From NCBI GenBank assembly GCA_903835385.1, contig CAILMQ010000032.1:5976-69975 (forward strand): a DNA stretch of 64,000 nt, in the 5' to 3' direction. Within the stretch, counting starts at the first letter, position 1. Every line of letters starts with the position of its first letter. Below, piece after piece: positions 29,010 through 36,764 of this stretch. The notes under the pieces are model-generated. The model made no database searches. It saw only the letters and a program-made list of their open reading frames with translations, and was not told the DNA's origin. The translations under genes and the position numbers were made by a program. The stretch is from an uncultured Candidatus Micrarchaeota archaeon. Lineage in GTDB: Archaea; Micrarchaeota; Micrarchaeia; Anstonellales; Bilamarchaeaceae.

Positions 29010-29103
29010 TTTTTCGATTGTCTCGAATCCCGTGTCTTCAGTTCCCGGCAGGGAACTGGAGAGCTTGCGCTCGCAAGCGCATGGTCCTGAGGTTTCTCTC
29101 AGG

Positions 29104-29149
29104 AAAAACGGGCCGAATTGCCCCGCAGGGCAATCAGAGGCCCGTTTTT
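29104..29149 (+). repeat. A-tract/GGGC-stem/T-tract hairpin (possible bidirectional terminator), family member 1
   Basis: AAAAACGGGCC GAA TTGCCC CGCA GGGCAA TCAGA GGCCCGTTTTT. Confidence 0.6.
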
Positions 29150-29181
29150 ATTTTCTTCGTTGCTTGTTTCGGTTGATAATA

Positions 29182-29424
29182 ATGATTGCCGAACTCGTCG
29201 CCCTCGTGCTCGCAGTGCTCGCCGCAGTCGTGATTTACAAGGTGGTGAAGGGAATCGTTCCGCTCATTCTGCATGCCATTGTGGCGCTCGTCGCGCTCTG
29301 GGTGCTGAACGTGTTCGGGCTCAGTGTGGCTATAAACATCTGGAGCGTGCTGATAGTCACCATAGGCGGCCTGGTTGGGCTGGCCCTGGTGGTGCTGCTC
29401 CATTTGCTTGGAATCGCGTTCTAG
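29182..29424 (+). CDS. small membrane protein (BofA-like, 2-3 TM)
   Basis: Hydrophobic 80-aa ORF starting at ATG 29182. The upstream part of track ORF 28996..29424 is structured non-coding repeat. Confidence 0.5.
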   Translation: MIAELVALVLAVLAAVVIYKVVKGIVPLILHAIVALVALWVLNVFGLSVAINIWSVLIVTIGGLVGLALVVLLHLLGIAF

Positions 29425-29537
29425 CGTTTTGCAGATGCCCGGCGGGCATGCGCTGATGCGCAGGTTTAAATCCCTTATCTGTGTAGCCAAAAATACGACC
29501 TGTGCCGGATTCGACCAGCCGGCAGGAGTTGGTTCCC

Positions 29538-29690
29538 ATGGCAAACGAATGTAAAAGAGGATGTCCCGAATGTTCCATGTCGCACGGATGGAGCTCGCCG
29601 CTCTCGAACGTCGAGGGCCAGTTCCAGTGCAGCGTGAACCCGGCGCACAGATTCAGGGTGGATGAGAGCGGCTTCCTCAAGTCGCTCTGA
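29538..29690 (+). CDS. small Cys-containing (zinc-ribbon-like) protein
   Basis: MANECKRGCPECS...FQCSVNPAHRF. AGGAG lies upstream of the ATG at 29538. Confidence 0.35.
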   Translation: MANECKRGCPECSMSHGWSSPLSNVEGQFQCSVNPAHRFRVDESGFLKSL

Positions 29691-29781
29691 TGATGCGGAG
29701 ACAGGCGAAACAGACCAGCCCCTGACAGGGCCACCCCTGCGCAACGCTATTATTAAAATATCAGGTTTCCATACTCTCTCC

Positions 29782-30456
29782 ATGGAAGGCAGAAAAATAA
29801 AAATCCCGATGCCGTCGGCATTGAGCTCCCGATCGGATAGGAATCCAATCAGGATAGCCGTGCTGGCATCAGGCAGGGGCAGCAATTTCCAGGCTATCAT
29901 AGATTCCATAAAGGCGGGCGCGTGCAGCGCTGACATAGTGGTGCTCATAGCGAACAAGCCGGATGCGAAGGCCATTGGACGGGCGAGGGAGAACAACATC
30001 CCGGTGGAGATAGTCGAGAGAAAGAGCTTCCCGAGCCGCGAGGCGCTGGATGAGCGGATAAAAGAGCTGCTGGACAAATACGGAGTGGAACTGGCGGTGC
30101 TGGCAGGGTACATGCTGCTGCTGAAGGGAAAGAAGCTGCTGGACTCCTACAGGAACAGGATAATCAATATCCATCCCGCGCTGCTGCCGTCCTTCCCGGG
30201 CGTGGACGCGCAGAAGCAGGCGTTCGACTACGGGGCGAGAATCAGCGGCATTACCATACATTTCGTTGATGAGAACCTGGATGCCGGGCCCATAATATAC
30301 CAGGAGGCCGTGGATATCTCGGGCTGCAGGACCGCGGAAGAGGCTGCGCACAAAATCCTTGAAGCCGAGCACCGGGCTTATCCGAAGGTCGTGGACTCTT
30401 TCGCGAAAGGAAAATACGTCCTGGAAGGCAGAAGGGTAAAATACGTAAGGGGGTAA
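29782..30456 (+). CDS. purN: phosphoribosylglycinamide formyltransferase
   Basis: IAVLASGRGSNFQAII...LAGYM...INIHPALLP...G.TIHFV.E.LD.GPII are PurN motifs. Confidence 0.9.
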   Translation: MEGRKIKIPMPSALSSRSDRNPIRIAVLASGRGSNFQAIIDSIKAGACSADIVVLIANKPDAKAIGRARENNIPVEIVERKSFPSREALDERIKELLDKYGVELAVLAGYMLLLKGKKLLDSYRNRIINIHPALLPSFPGVDAQKQAFDYGARISGITIHFVDENLDAGPIIYQEAVDISGCRTAEEAAHKILEAEHRAYPKVVDSFAKGKYVLEGRRVKYVRG

Positions 30457-30465
30457 TGCCTAGTC

Positions 30466-31170
30466 ATGCTGAGTTTCGTCATCCCGACCTATAACGAGGA
30501 AAAAGGCATCGGCCCGCTGCTGGACGCGCTCAATGGGCAGATAACCGATGGCGACGAGATAATAGTGGTGGACAGCTACTCCAGGGACAGGACCGTTGAT
30601 ATCGCCCAGTCAAAGGGGGCCAGGGTGGTACTGCAGCAGAAGATGGGAATCGGCGCTGCGAAAACCGAAGGCGCCAGGGGCGCGGCCAACAGGCTCGTGG
30701 TGATGCTCGATGCCGACTGCGTGCCGTGCGCGGATTTCGTTTCCAGGATCAAGGGAAGATTCCGGGAGCGGCCGGACCTCGTTGCCATTTGCGGGCTGGA
30801 CCTGTACTCGTCGGAGTCGGCGTTCTGGAGAACGGTTTACAACATCTATTCCATCAAGGTCTTCTGGCTAGGGAAAGCGTTCCATTATCTCAGCGGCAAA
30901 TACTGGCTCGCCGCGAACAACTCAGTGATAAGGAAGGATTTGTTTTTCTCGGTGGGCGGATACCGCTCGGTCGTGTGCGAGGACAACGACCTCATGGTGC
31001 GGCTCCCCCGCAACCGCAACGTAGTCTACGACGCGAAAATGGTCGCCACTCTCTCGGACCGCAGGTTCAGGGAAGGCGGCTTCCTCCGCACGGTGCTCAT
31101 GTGGATTGTGGCGGATGCCAGGGCCTGGCTAGGAGCAGGAAAGGACGCGAGCAGATACAGGAAGGCATGA
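30466..31170 (+). CDS. family 2 glycosyltransferase
   Basis: SFVIPTYNEEKGI...IIVVDSYSRDRT...LDADC GT-A motifs. Confidence 0.8.
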   Translation: MLSFVIPTYNEEKGIGPLLDALNGQITDGDEIIVVDSYSRDRTVDIAQSKGARVVLQQKMGIGAAKTEGARGAANRLVVMLDADCVPCADFVSRIKGRFRERPDLVAICGLDLYSSESAFWRTVYNIYSIKVFWLGKAFHYLSGKYWLAANNSVIRKDLFFSVGGYRSVVCEDNDLMVRLPRNRNVVYDAKMVATLSDRRFREGGFLRTVLMWIVADARAWLGAGKDASRYRKA

Positions 31171-31178
31171 AAACGCGG

Positions 31179-31580
31179 TTAGATGTCGAACAGGACCTGT
31201 ATCTCCCAGTTGTTCCCTTTTTTCTCAGCCCGGAACTCGTGGTAGGTCACCGCCTTTATTATGTTCCGGGGCGTCTTCTTCTCGCCGTACACGCGAACCG
31301 AGGCGGAAATCGCTTTTTCATCGAACGCGAGCACTTCGAGTTTTTTCGGCGTGAGCGGGCGTGTTTCGCATTCGGCGATGACCTGGGAAAGGAGCTGCAC
31401 CACCAGCTGCTCGGCGGTGGGCGCGGCGAAACTCAAATCGAACGATTCCTTTTCTTTCGCGTGCTCCGCGCCCATCTGGGTGAGCATGCCGTTGCCAACG
31501 TCCTCCAGCGCCTTCGCGAAGGTCGCATTGGTGCCGAGTATTATTATGTCCGAGCGGTGCTCGAGGAATTTGTATGCCAC
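31179..31580 (-). CDS. archease (RtcB ligase/tRNA methyltransferase chaperone family)
   Basis: YKFLEHRSDIIILG at the N-terminus and VTYHEF...WEIQVLFDI at the C-terminus are archease-typical. Confidence 0.75.
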   Translation of the reverse strand: MAYKFLEHRSDIIILGTNATFAKALEDVGNGMLTQMGAEHAKEKESFDLSFAAPTAEQLVVQLLSQVIAECETRPLTPKKLEVLAFDEKAISASVRVYGEKKTPRNIIKAVTYHEFRAEKKGNNWEIQVLFDI

Positions 31581-33031
31581 TATTTCACCTTGCGCCGCGG
31601 CCCCGCGCCCGACTTCTTATCCTCGAGGCTGATTCCGAGGCCGGACAGCGCCAGCCGGATTTCGTCGGCTTTCTGGTAGTTCTTGCTTTTGCGGCATTCC
31701 TCACGGAGCGAGACGAGGGCGTCGAGCATTTTTTCCGGCTCGTTCTCGGCCACCCCGAATCCGGACGCGAGCTTCTTCAGCGCGTCCTCCCTGCCCGCGA
31801 TGCCGCTTTTTTCCTCCTGGAACCCGAGTATCCAGATTATATCCTCGAGCGATTTGAGGACCTTGTCCAGCTGGCCGTGGTCCACGGCATCCTTTTCCAC
31901 GTGCGTGTTCGTTGACCGCAGGAGCCCGAACAGGGCTGCGAACGCGGCCGGGGTGTCGAAATCGTTCTCCAGTGCGGAGTGGAACCCGGCTATGAACCCG
32001 TCGCTCTCTTTCCTGAAATCCGCGTCCTCCGCGTCCATCCTGTTGGCTTCTATCTCGCGCATGAGGCCCATGGAGTTGAATATCCTTTCCACGGATTCGC
32101 CGGCCGCCTGGAGCGCGTCCTCGTCGTAGTCAAGCGGGCTCCGGTAGTGCGCCTGGAGGTAGAACATCCTCATGGCATTGGGGCTGAATTGCGAAAGGGA
32201 TTGTTTGAGGGTGATGAAGTTGCCCAGCGACTTGGACATCTTCTCGCCCTCCACGGTGAGGAAGCCGGTGTGCATCCAGCAGCGGCAGAATGTTTTTCCG
32301 GTCGCGGCCTCGGACTGCGCGATTTCGTTCTCGTGATGGGGGAATATGAGGTCCCGCGCGCCGCCGTGGATGTCCAGCGTGGTCCCGGCGTATTTGAGCG
32401 ACATGGCGGAGCACTCTATGTGCCAGCCCGGCCTTCCCCTGCCCCAGAATGAGTCGAACTCGATTATCCCGTCTTTGGTCTTTTTCCACAGCGCGAAGTC
32501 GGCCGGGTCGCCCTTGGTCTCGTCCACCTCTTTCCTGCTTCCGGCCTCTATCTCATCCAGGTCCTGGCCCGAGAGAGAGCCGTAGCCCCTGAATTTGGAC
32601 ACGTCGAAATAGACGCCGGTCGCGGTCTCGTAGGCGAACCCCTTTTCCACCAGCGTGCGCACGAGCGCGATTATCTCCGGGATGTGCTCCGTGACCTTTG
32701 GGTAGACGTCCGCCCTGATTATGTTCAGCCTGTCGAAAAGCTCCAGCGCTTCGGAATGGATTTCGGCTGTTAGCCTTTTCGGGTCTGCTCCCGTCTCCTT
32801 GCAGCGCCGTATTATCTTGTCCTCCACGTCTGTTATGTTCTGGATATGGAAAACCCGGAAGCCGCGCCTCGTGAGGAAGCGTTTCACCAGGTCGAATGCC
32901 ACGTAGGTCCGCGCGTGGCCGATGTGCGCGCTGTCGTAGGGCGTGAGGCCGCATACGTACATGAGCACCCTTCCTGCGTCAGCCGGCACGAATTCTCCGG
33001 CCTTTCTGGACAATGAATTGAATATCTGCAT
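31580..33031 (-). CDS. cysS: cysteinyl-tRNA synthetase
   Basis: HIGHARTYV (HIGH) and KMSKSLGN (KMSKS) motifs. The ATG at 33031 follows GGTG. The track start at 33040 is a GTG inside that SD. Confidence 0.9.
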   Translation of the reverse strand: MQIFNSLSRKAGEFVPADAGRVLMYVCGLTPYDSAHIGHARTYVAFDLVKRFLTRRGFRVFHIQNITDVEDKIIRRCKETGADPKRLTAEIHSEALELFDRLNIIRADVYPKVTEHIPEIIALVRTLVEKGFAYETATGVYFDVSKFRGYGSLSGQDLDEIEAGSRKEVDETKGDPADFALWKKTKDGIIEFDSFWGRGRPGWHIECSAMSLKYAGTTLDIHGGARDLIFPHHENEIAQSEAATGKTFCRCWMHTGFLTVEGEKMSKSLGNFITLKQSLSQFSPNAMRMFYLQAHYRSPLDYDEDALQAAGESVERIFNSMGLMREIEANRMDAEDADFRKESDGFIAGFHSALENDFDTPAAFAALFGLLRSTNTHVEKDAVDHGQLDKVLKSLEDIIWILGFQEEKSGIAGREDALKKLASGFGVAENEPEKMLDALVSLREECRKSKNYQKADEIRLALSGLGISLEDKKSGAGPRRKVK

Positions 33032-33151
33032 GAAAAGCACCGTTTCTACTGTGGTTTGGGGTGCGAAACATATTTATAAAGTTATTATGCGATATGGCAG
33101 CAACATGCTCCTGCCGAAACGGCCGGAGTGACTGAATGGAGGTACGATAAT

Positions 33152-33577
33152 ATGGCAGAAGAAAAAACCGCGGGTGCGGCAAAGGCTGCTCCGGCAAAGG
33201 CCGCCGCAGCTGCGAGCGCCGGCGATGACAACCTTATAGGTGCGCTGTGCTATGTGCCGCTGGTATTCCTGAGCATACTTGTGCCGCTTTTCATTCTCCT
33301 GACTGAGAAGAAGCAGAACAAGGCGCTCGCGTTCCACGCGTGGCAGGCACTGATTCTCACCGTAGTGGTGATAGTGGTGTTCGGCGCCCTCGGCGTGGTC
33401 AGTTTCATCCTCAGCATATTGAACGGCACGCTGGGCGCGCTCCTTAGCTGCCCGATGGCAATAGTCGGCTTCGCACTGTTCGTGTTCATGTGCTTCGTCG
33501 CATACAAGACCTACCAGGGCGAAAAGTACATGATACCAGTGGTAGGCGCGTTCGCGGAGAAGCAGGCCAGCAAGTAG
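33152..33577 (+). CDS. DUF4870-like membrane protein
   Basis: LIGALCYVPLVF...KALAFHAWQALILTVV pattern with 3-4 TM helices. Confidence 0.65.
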   Translation: MAEEKTAGAAKAAPAKAAAAASAGDDNLIGALCYVPLVFLSILVPLFILLTEKKQNKALAFHAWQALILTVVVIVVFGALGVVSFILSILNGTLGALLSCPMAIVGFALFVFMCFVAYKTYQGEKYMIPVVGAFAEKQASK

Positions 33578-33642
33578 CGGCCTGTTTTTTTCCATCTTTT
33601 TTTTCCTTTTCACAATCTTGTCTTGTTCGCAAGGTGCACGAA

Positions 33643-34062
33643 ATGGCAAATGGCAGGAAAGACGATACGGCAGCACAGCCCGGGGAGGCGCTGACGGATA
33701 ACGACAAGGCATTCTCGGCCATATCTTATATCCTGGGCATTCTCGTGGCGCTCGTGATTTACCTGGTGAAGAAGGAAAACGGGTTCGTGCGCTTCCATGC
33801 TGTGCAGTCCATTCTCGTGGACATTGTTGTTTTCGTGATAAGCATCATCGCGGTCATCCTGTTCTTCGCGATTTTCGCAATCGGAATGGTGGCGGGAGGC
33901 ATAGGCGTGCTCGTGGCTTTCCCCCTGTTCTACGTGGCAGTTCTGGCCTGGGGGCTCTTGCTGCTGGCTATCCGGCTTTTCCTGGCGTGGAAGGCATACA
34001 ATGGCGGGCGGTTCATGATTCCGCTGCTCGGCGGACTGGCGGAGAGGTTCTCCGCAACGTGA
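33643..34062 (+). CDS. DUF4870-like membrane protein (paralog of 33152..33577)
   Basis: AFSAISYILGIL...VRFHAVQSILVDIVV, same architecture as its neighbour. Confidence 0.65.
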   Translation: MANGRKDDTAAQPGEALTDNDKAFSAISYILGILVALVIYLVKKENGFVRFHAVQSILVDIVVFVISIIAVILFFAIFAIGMVAGGIGVLVAFPLFYVAVLAWGLLLLAIRLFLAWKAYNGGRFMIPLLGGLAERFSAT

Positions 34063-34086
34063 AAAGCCCCGCGCGCAACCAAAAAC

Positions 34087-34095
34087 TATTTATAT
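34087..34095 (+). promoter_or_regulatory. TATA-box-like element for the SRP RNA gene
   Basis: TATTTATAT lies about 22-30 nt upstream of the GGGC start of the SRP RNA. Confidence 0.5.
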
Positions 34096-34116
34096 CGCCG
34101 TATGCATACATTATAC

Positions 34117-34369
34117 GGGCTAGAGTGGGGCCAGGGGTCCCAGCACCGCAAATCCCCTTAGGCGGCTCGAATGCCCGGGGCGTTGCCTGTTTCAGTTGCG
34201 CCTCTTTTCCTGAAGCGTAGACGTTCTGCCCTGTGTGGCGGAATGCCTCGTGAACCGGGTCAGGCCGAAAGGAGCAGCCCTAAGCGTTTCATTCCGTGCT
34301 CGCAGGACACAGAATCGAGCAGATGGACTGGAGCTCCACAGCTGTTTCAGCCGGCAAACCGGGAAGCCC
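34117..34369 (+). ncRNA. ffs: signal recognition particle (7S) RNA
   Basis: Helix-8 core GGGTCAGGCCGAAAGGAGCAGCCC with a GAAA tetraloop. Flanking helix-5 pairings: GGAATG/CATTCC, CTGTGT/ACACAG and GCTCGA/TCGAGC. The 5' GGGCT pairs with the 3' AGCCC. The exact ends are uncertain. Confidence 0.75.
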
Positions 34370-34414
34370 ATATTTCGTTAGTCTCCAGTTTTCAGTCTCG
34401 AGTTTTGCCTCAGG

Positions 34415-34552
34415 AAATATGGGCTGACGTGCACGAGCGAAGCGAGGGCACGCGAAGCCCATTTTGCATTCTTATGCCCTCATTTTTATTCTTGGAGCCT
34501 CAGGCAAAATGGGCTGACTTGGTGCCACAGCACCAAGCGGAAGCCCGTATTT
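34415..34552 (+). repeat. two tandem hairpins of the same family downstream of the SRP RNA
   Basis: ATGGGCT GAC GTGC..GCAC GCGA AGCCCAT (34419-34462) and ATGGGCT GAC TTGGTGC CACA GCACCAA GCGGA AGCCCGT (34509-34547). Each is flanked by A- and T-runs. Confidence 0.6.
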
Positions 34553-34589
34553 CGTTAGTTCCTGGCTTTCGTTTTGGAACCCGCGTTGC

Positions 34590-35843
34590 TCAGGCGCCCA
34601 GTCTCGTGATCAATTCATCGCTTCTTCTCATTCCTTCGGGAATCCTGTCAGCGAAGAATTCCTTTGTCGCCTCAAATTGCTGCTTATAGCCTTCGATGTC
34701 CCCATTGCGTATTATCGATGCCCATTCCATGACGGCGGTATGAAATTCCAGGTCGTCGCCCCTGATGCTCCTATCGCACAGAGCGGTATCCAAAGATTCC
34801 TGGAGAAGAGCGGTGTTTCTGAACAGGTACTCCGTGATGCCCAGCCGCAATCTGAATAAAGGCGTTTGGCATATGAGATGCTCGTATGGATTTATCCCGA
34901 GCTGATGCCAGGCGTCGACCATTGCCAGCAGGCTCAGGTGGGAATTGGGTTTTCTCTGCATCTCACCGCCTAATCTGAATTCGCCCATGACAGCATCGTT
35001 CAGCAACAGCGGGGATCTGCAATTCCCGAATACCGCATCGGATGCCTTGTGCAACCTCTCCGTGAACTTCGTTTTTTCTTCCTGTATCATCAGCTTGAAC
35101 AGCTCTGATTCCGATTTAGCGTATTGCTGCACCTGCCTTTTGGCAAAGGGATTCAGTATCGCAAGGCCGGAATAGACGTGCGCCTTGCCGCCGTATATCC
35201 TCAATGTCATCAATGTCTTTATGTTATCTATCCCGCCGGCATAGGCGGGATTCTCCCATGGGTAGAACCCGGCGTTCTTCCATCCTGTCCCCATGCTTTC
35301 GAATCCCAGATGCGTGACCGCCTGGGTATCCGCTGTGATCCGGTCGTGTTCCTGGTAATCGGGCATTTCTATGAGTTTCGAGCCCAGTTCTCCAAAAGTC
35401 TGCAAAGCTAGTCGATACGCCTCATCGGAGCTTCGATGCCTGATCACAACCAAGGCCTGCCCGACAGGGCTTACAGTCGGCCCGTGTAGGGAGTGGCAGG
35501 TGACTATGTTCGCATCTTTTGGCAGATAGTTGTCAAATGCCATGATTTCCGGGCTTTTTACGGATGTCTGGCCTGCGACTATCGCACCGGGTTTTGTTGA
35601 CGGCCCGTATTGCTTTACGACTTTGTCGATGTTCTCCGTTTCCACCGAATATATGACCAGATCGCTTCTTCTGGAGACTGCAACGCCGTCAGATAGAACA
35701 TCGACATCTGATTTTTGCAATTCCTGCCTTAGACGGCTTGTTTTTTCAGGCAGATCGCATCCGTTTACCGTGTAACCCCGTTTGGCGAATCGCTTCGCGT
35801 ATAATTTGCCCATGTCACCTAGGCCGATGATCCCAATCTCCAT
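34590..35843 (-). CDS. tyrA: prephenate dehydrogenase (long TYR1-like form)
   Basis: IGIIGLGDMGKLYAKRF Rossmann N-terminus and ...VTCHSLHGP. 417 aa. Visibly lower GC than its neighbours. Confidence 0.7.
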   Translation of the reverse strand: MEIGIIGLGDMGKLYAKRFAKRGYTVNGCDLPEKTSRLRQELQKSDVDVLSDGVAVSRRSDLVIYSVETENIDKVVKQYGPSTKPGAIVAGQTSVKSPEIMAFDNYLPKDANIVTCHSLHGPTVSPVGQALVVIRHRSSDEAYRLALQTFGELGSKLIEMPDYQEHDRITADTQAVTHLGFESMGTGWKNAGFYPWENPAYAGGIDNIKTLMTLRIYGGKAHVYSGLAILNPFAKRQVQQYAKSESELFKLMIQEEKTKFTERLHKASDAVFGNCRSPLLLNDAVMGEFRLGGEMQRKPNSHLSLLAMVDAWHQLGINPYEHLICQTPLFRLRLGITEYLFRNTALLQESLDTALCDRSIRGDDLEFHTAVMEWASIIRNGDIEGYKQQFEATKEFFADRIPEGMRRSDELITRLGA

Positions 35844-36099
35844 AACTAGATATATATTACACCATCGTATTAAAAATCAACACTAAGCGCGCTTCGGATG
35901 TGATAAGACGGCGGCTGGGCCTTCGGTTTCCCATCCCGGGTTTTGCACGGGGTAATCCGGACCGTACGAGGACGGGCGGAGCCGTTTGAAACCTTTAATA
36001 ACCTTTCGTAAGTATAGCAAGCACGAAGTTGCACGGGCAACTTTGTGCGCCGTCGTAAATGGGATTTACGACGCAATCAAAATGTTTGAAGGTGGGCCT

Positions 36100-36195
36100 A
36101 TGAAGCCTCTTGGAATACAGGACGAGGAAGACTGGGAAGACGACGACTTCGAGGACGAGGACTGGGAAGGGGAGGAAGAGGAAGAAGAGTCCTGA
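36100..36195 (+). CDS. possible 31-aa hyper-acidic micro-protein
   Basis: The ATG at 36100 lies 4 nt after GGTGG. Sequence MKPLGIQDEEDWEDDDFEDEDWEGEEEEEES. No homology judged. Confidence 0.25.
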   Translation: MKPLGIQDEEDWEDDDFEDEDWEGEEEEEES

Positions 36196-36301
36196 ATCCC
36201 GCCATATTTTTCATTGCGCTCTCGTTTGTTCATTGTCCGGCTGTGCGCCGGGCGCTATTCCTGTTTTTTAATACTTTTCTATTTACTATAAGAAACTTGC
36301 C

Positions 36302-36475
36302 GGGCCCGTGGCGCAGCCAGACACGAGTCTCGTGTTCCGAGTTCCGTGTCCTGCAGTGGATAGCGCAGCAGCCCTCTAAGGCCGATTTGGGCCAAGGACA
36401 GCTGATGGTCACGAGTTCAAAAGTGCGGGGGAACTGGAAACAGGAAACCCTGAACTGGATTTCTCGTCGGGCCCG
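36302..36475 (+). tRNA. tRNA-Arg(TCT) with three BHB introns (D-loop, anticodon loop 37/38, T-loop 59/60)
   Basis: Exons give GGGCCCG TG GCGC AGCCTGGATA GCGC A GCAGC CCTCTAA GCTGA TGGTC ACGAG TTCAAAT CTCGT CGGGCCC G. Introns: 36319..36356 (38 nt), 36379..36399 (21 nt) and 36422..36461 (40 nt). Each has a 4-bp central helix flanked by 3-nt bulges. Confidence 0.85.
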
Positions 36476-36507
36476 TATATCAATAGGCGAGTGCGGAGGG
36501 TGATGTC

Positions 36508-36762
36508 ATGGCTTTGGCGAAACTAGGGCAGATCGCGGACATGCTGGAAGAGCTGATTTCCGACAATTCGATACCGAAGAACATAAGGAAGGCGCTCTCT
36601 GACGCAAAGGACCGGTTGCGTGGAAGCGACGATGACAGCGTGAAGGTCAGCGCCGCCATTTACCTCATAGAATCCGTTTCCGACGATATAAACATGCCTT
36701 CGCACGCCCGCACCCAGATATGGGCCATAATGGGCGAGCTCGAGGCCACAAAGCAGAGATAG
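36508..36762 (+). CDS. UPF0147-family small helical protein
   Basis: ISDNSIPKNIRKALSDAKDRL...SAAIYLIESVSDDINMPSHARTQIW matches the archaeal UPF0147 pattern. Confidence 0.7.
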   Translation: MALAKLGQIADMLEELISDNSIPKNIRKALSDAKDRLRGSDDDSVKVSAAIYLIESVSDDINMPSHARTQIWAIMGELEATKQR

Positions 36763-36764
36763 GC

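Noticed and set aside
28849-29020. Integrated mobile element using tRNA-Lys as an attachment site, suggested by the CTCCAGGCCCG duplication.
   Set aside because: The duplicated 3' end lies only about 65 nt downstream. It encloses no genes, and no integrase or phage-like genes occur nearby. I report it instead as a tRNA-fragment-like repeat.
28996-29181. N-terminal 62 codons of track ORF 28996..29424.
   Set aside because: This stretch coincides with the hairpin-repeat region downstream of tRNA-Lys (several perfect stem-loops and T-runs). The hydrophobic protein begins cleanly at ATG 29182.
34370-34560. CRISPR-like appearance of repeated units after the SRP RNA.
   Set aside because: Only two or three units are present. 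The repeats are imperfect and are themselves long hairpins with A- and T-tract flanks. The intervening segments are homologous to sequences at 29010 and 49670, so they are not unique spacers. No cas genes are present.
35880-36080. Possible 5S rRNA or other ncRNA (GGCGGC...CCCATCCCGGG...CACGG...GGAGCCGT, with UUCG-type loops) between tyrA and tRNA-Arg.
   Set aside because: Only about 78 nt can be matched to a 5S-like outline, and the helix IV/V half is missing. The terminal pairing is 5 bp and the similarity rests on short words. It may still be a small structured RNA, but I cannot support any specific call.
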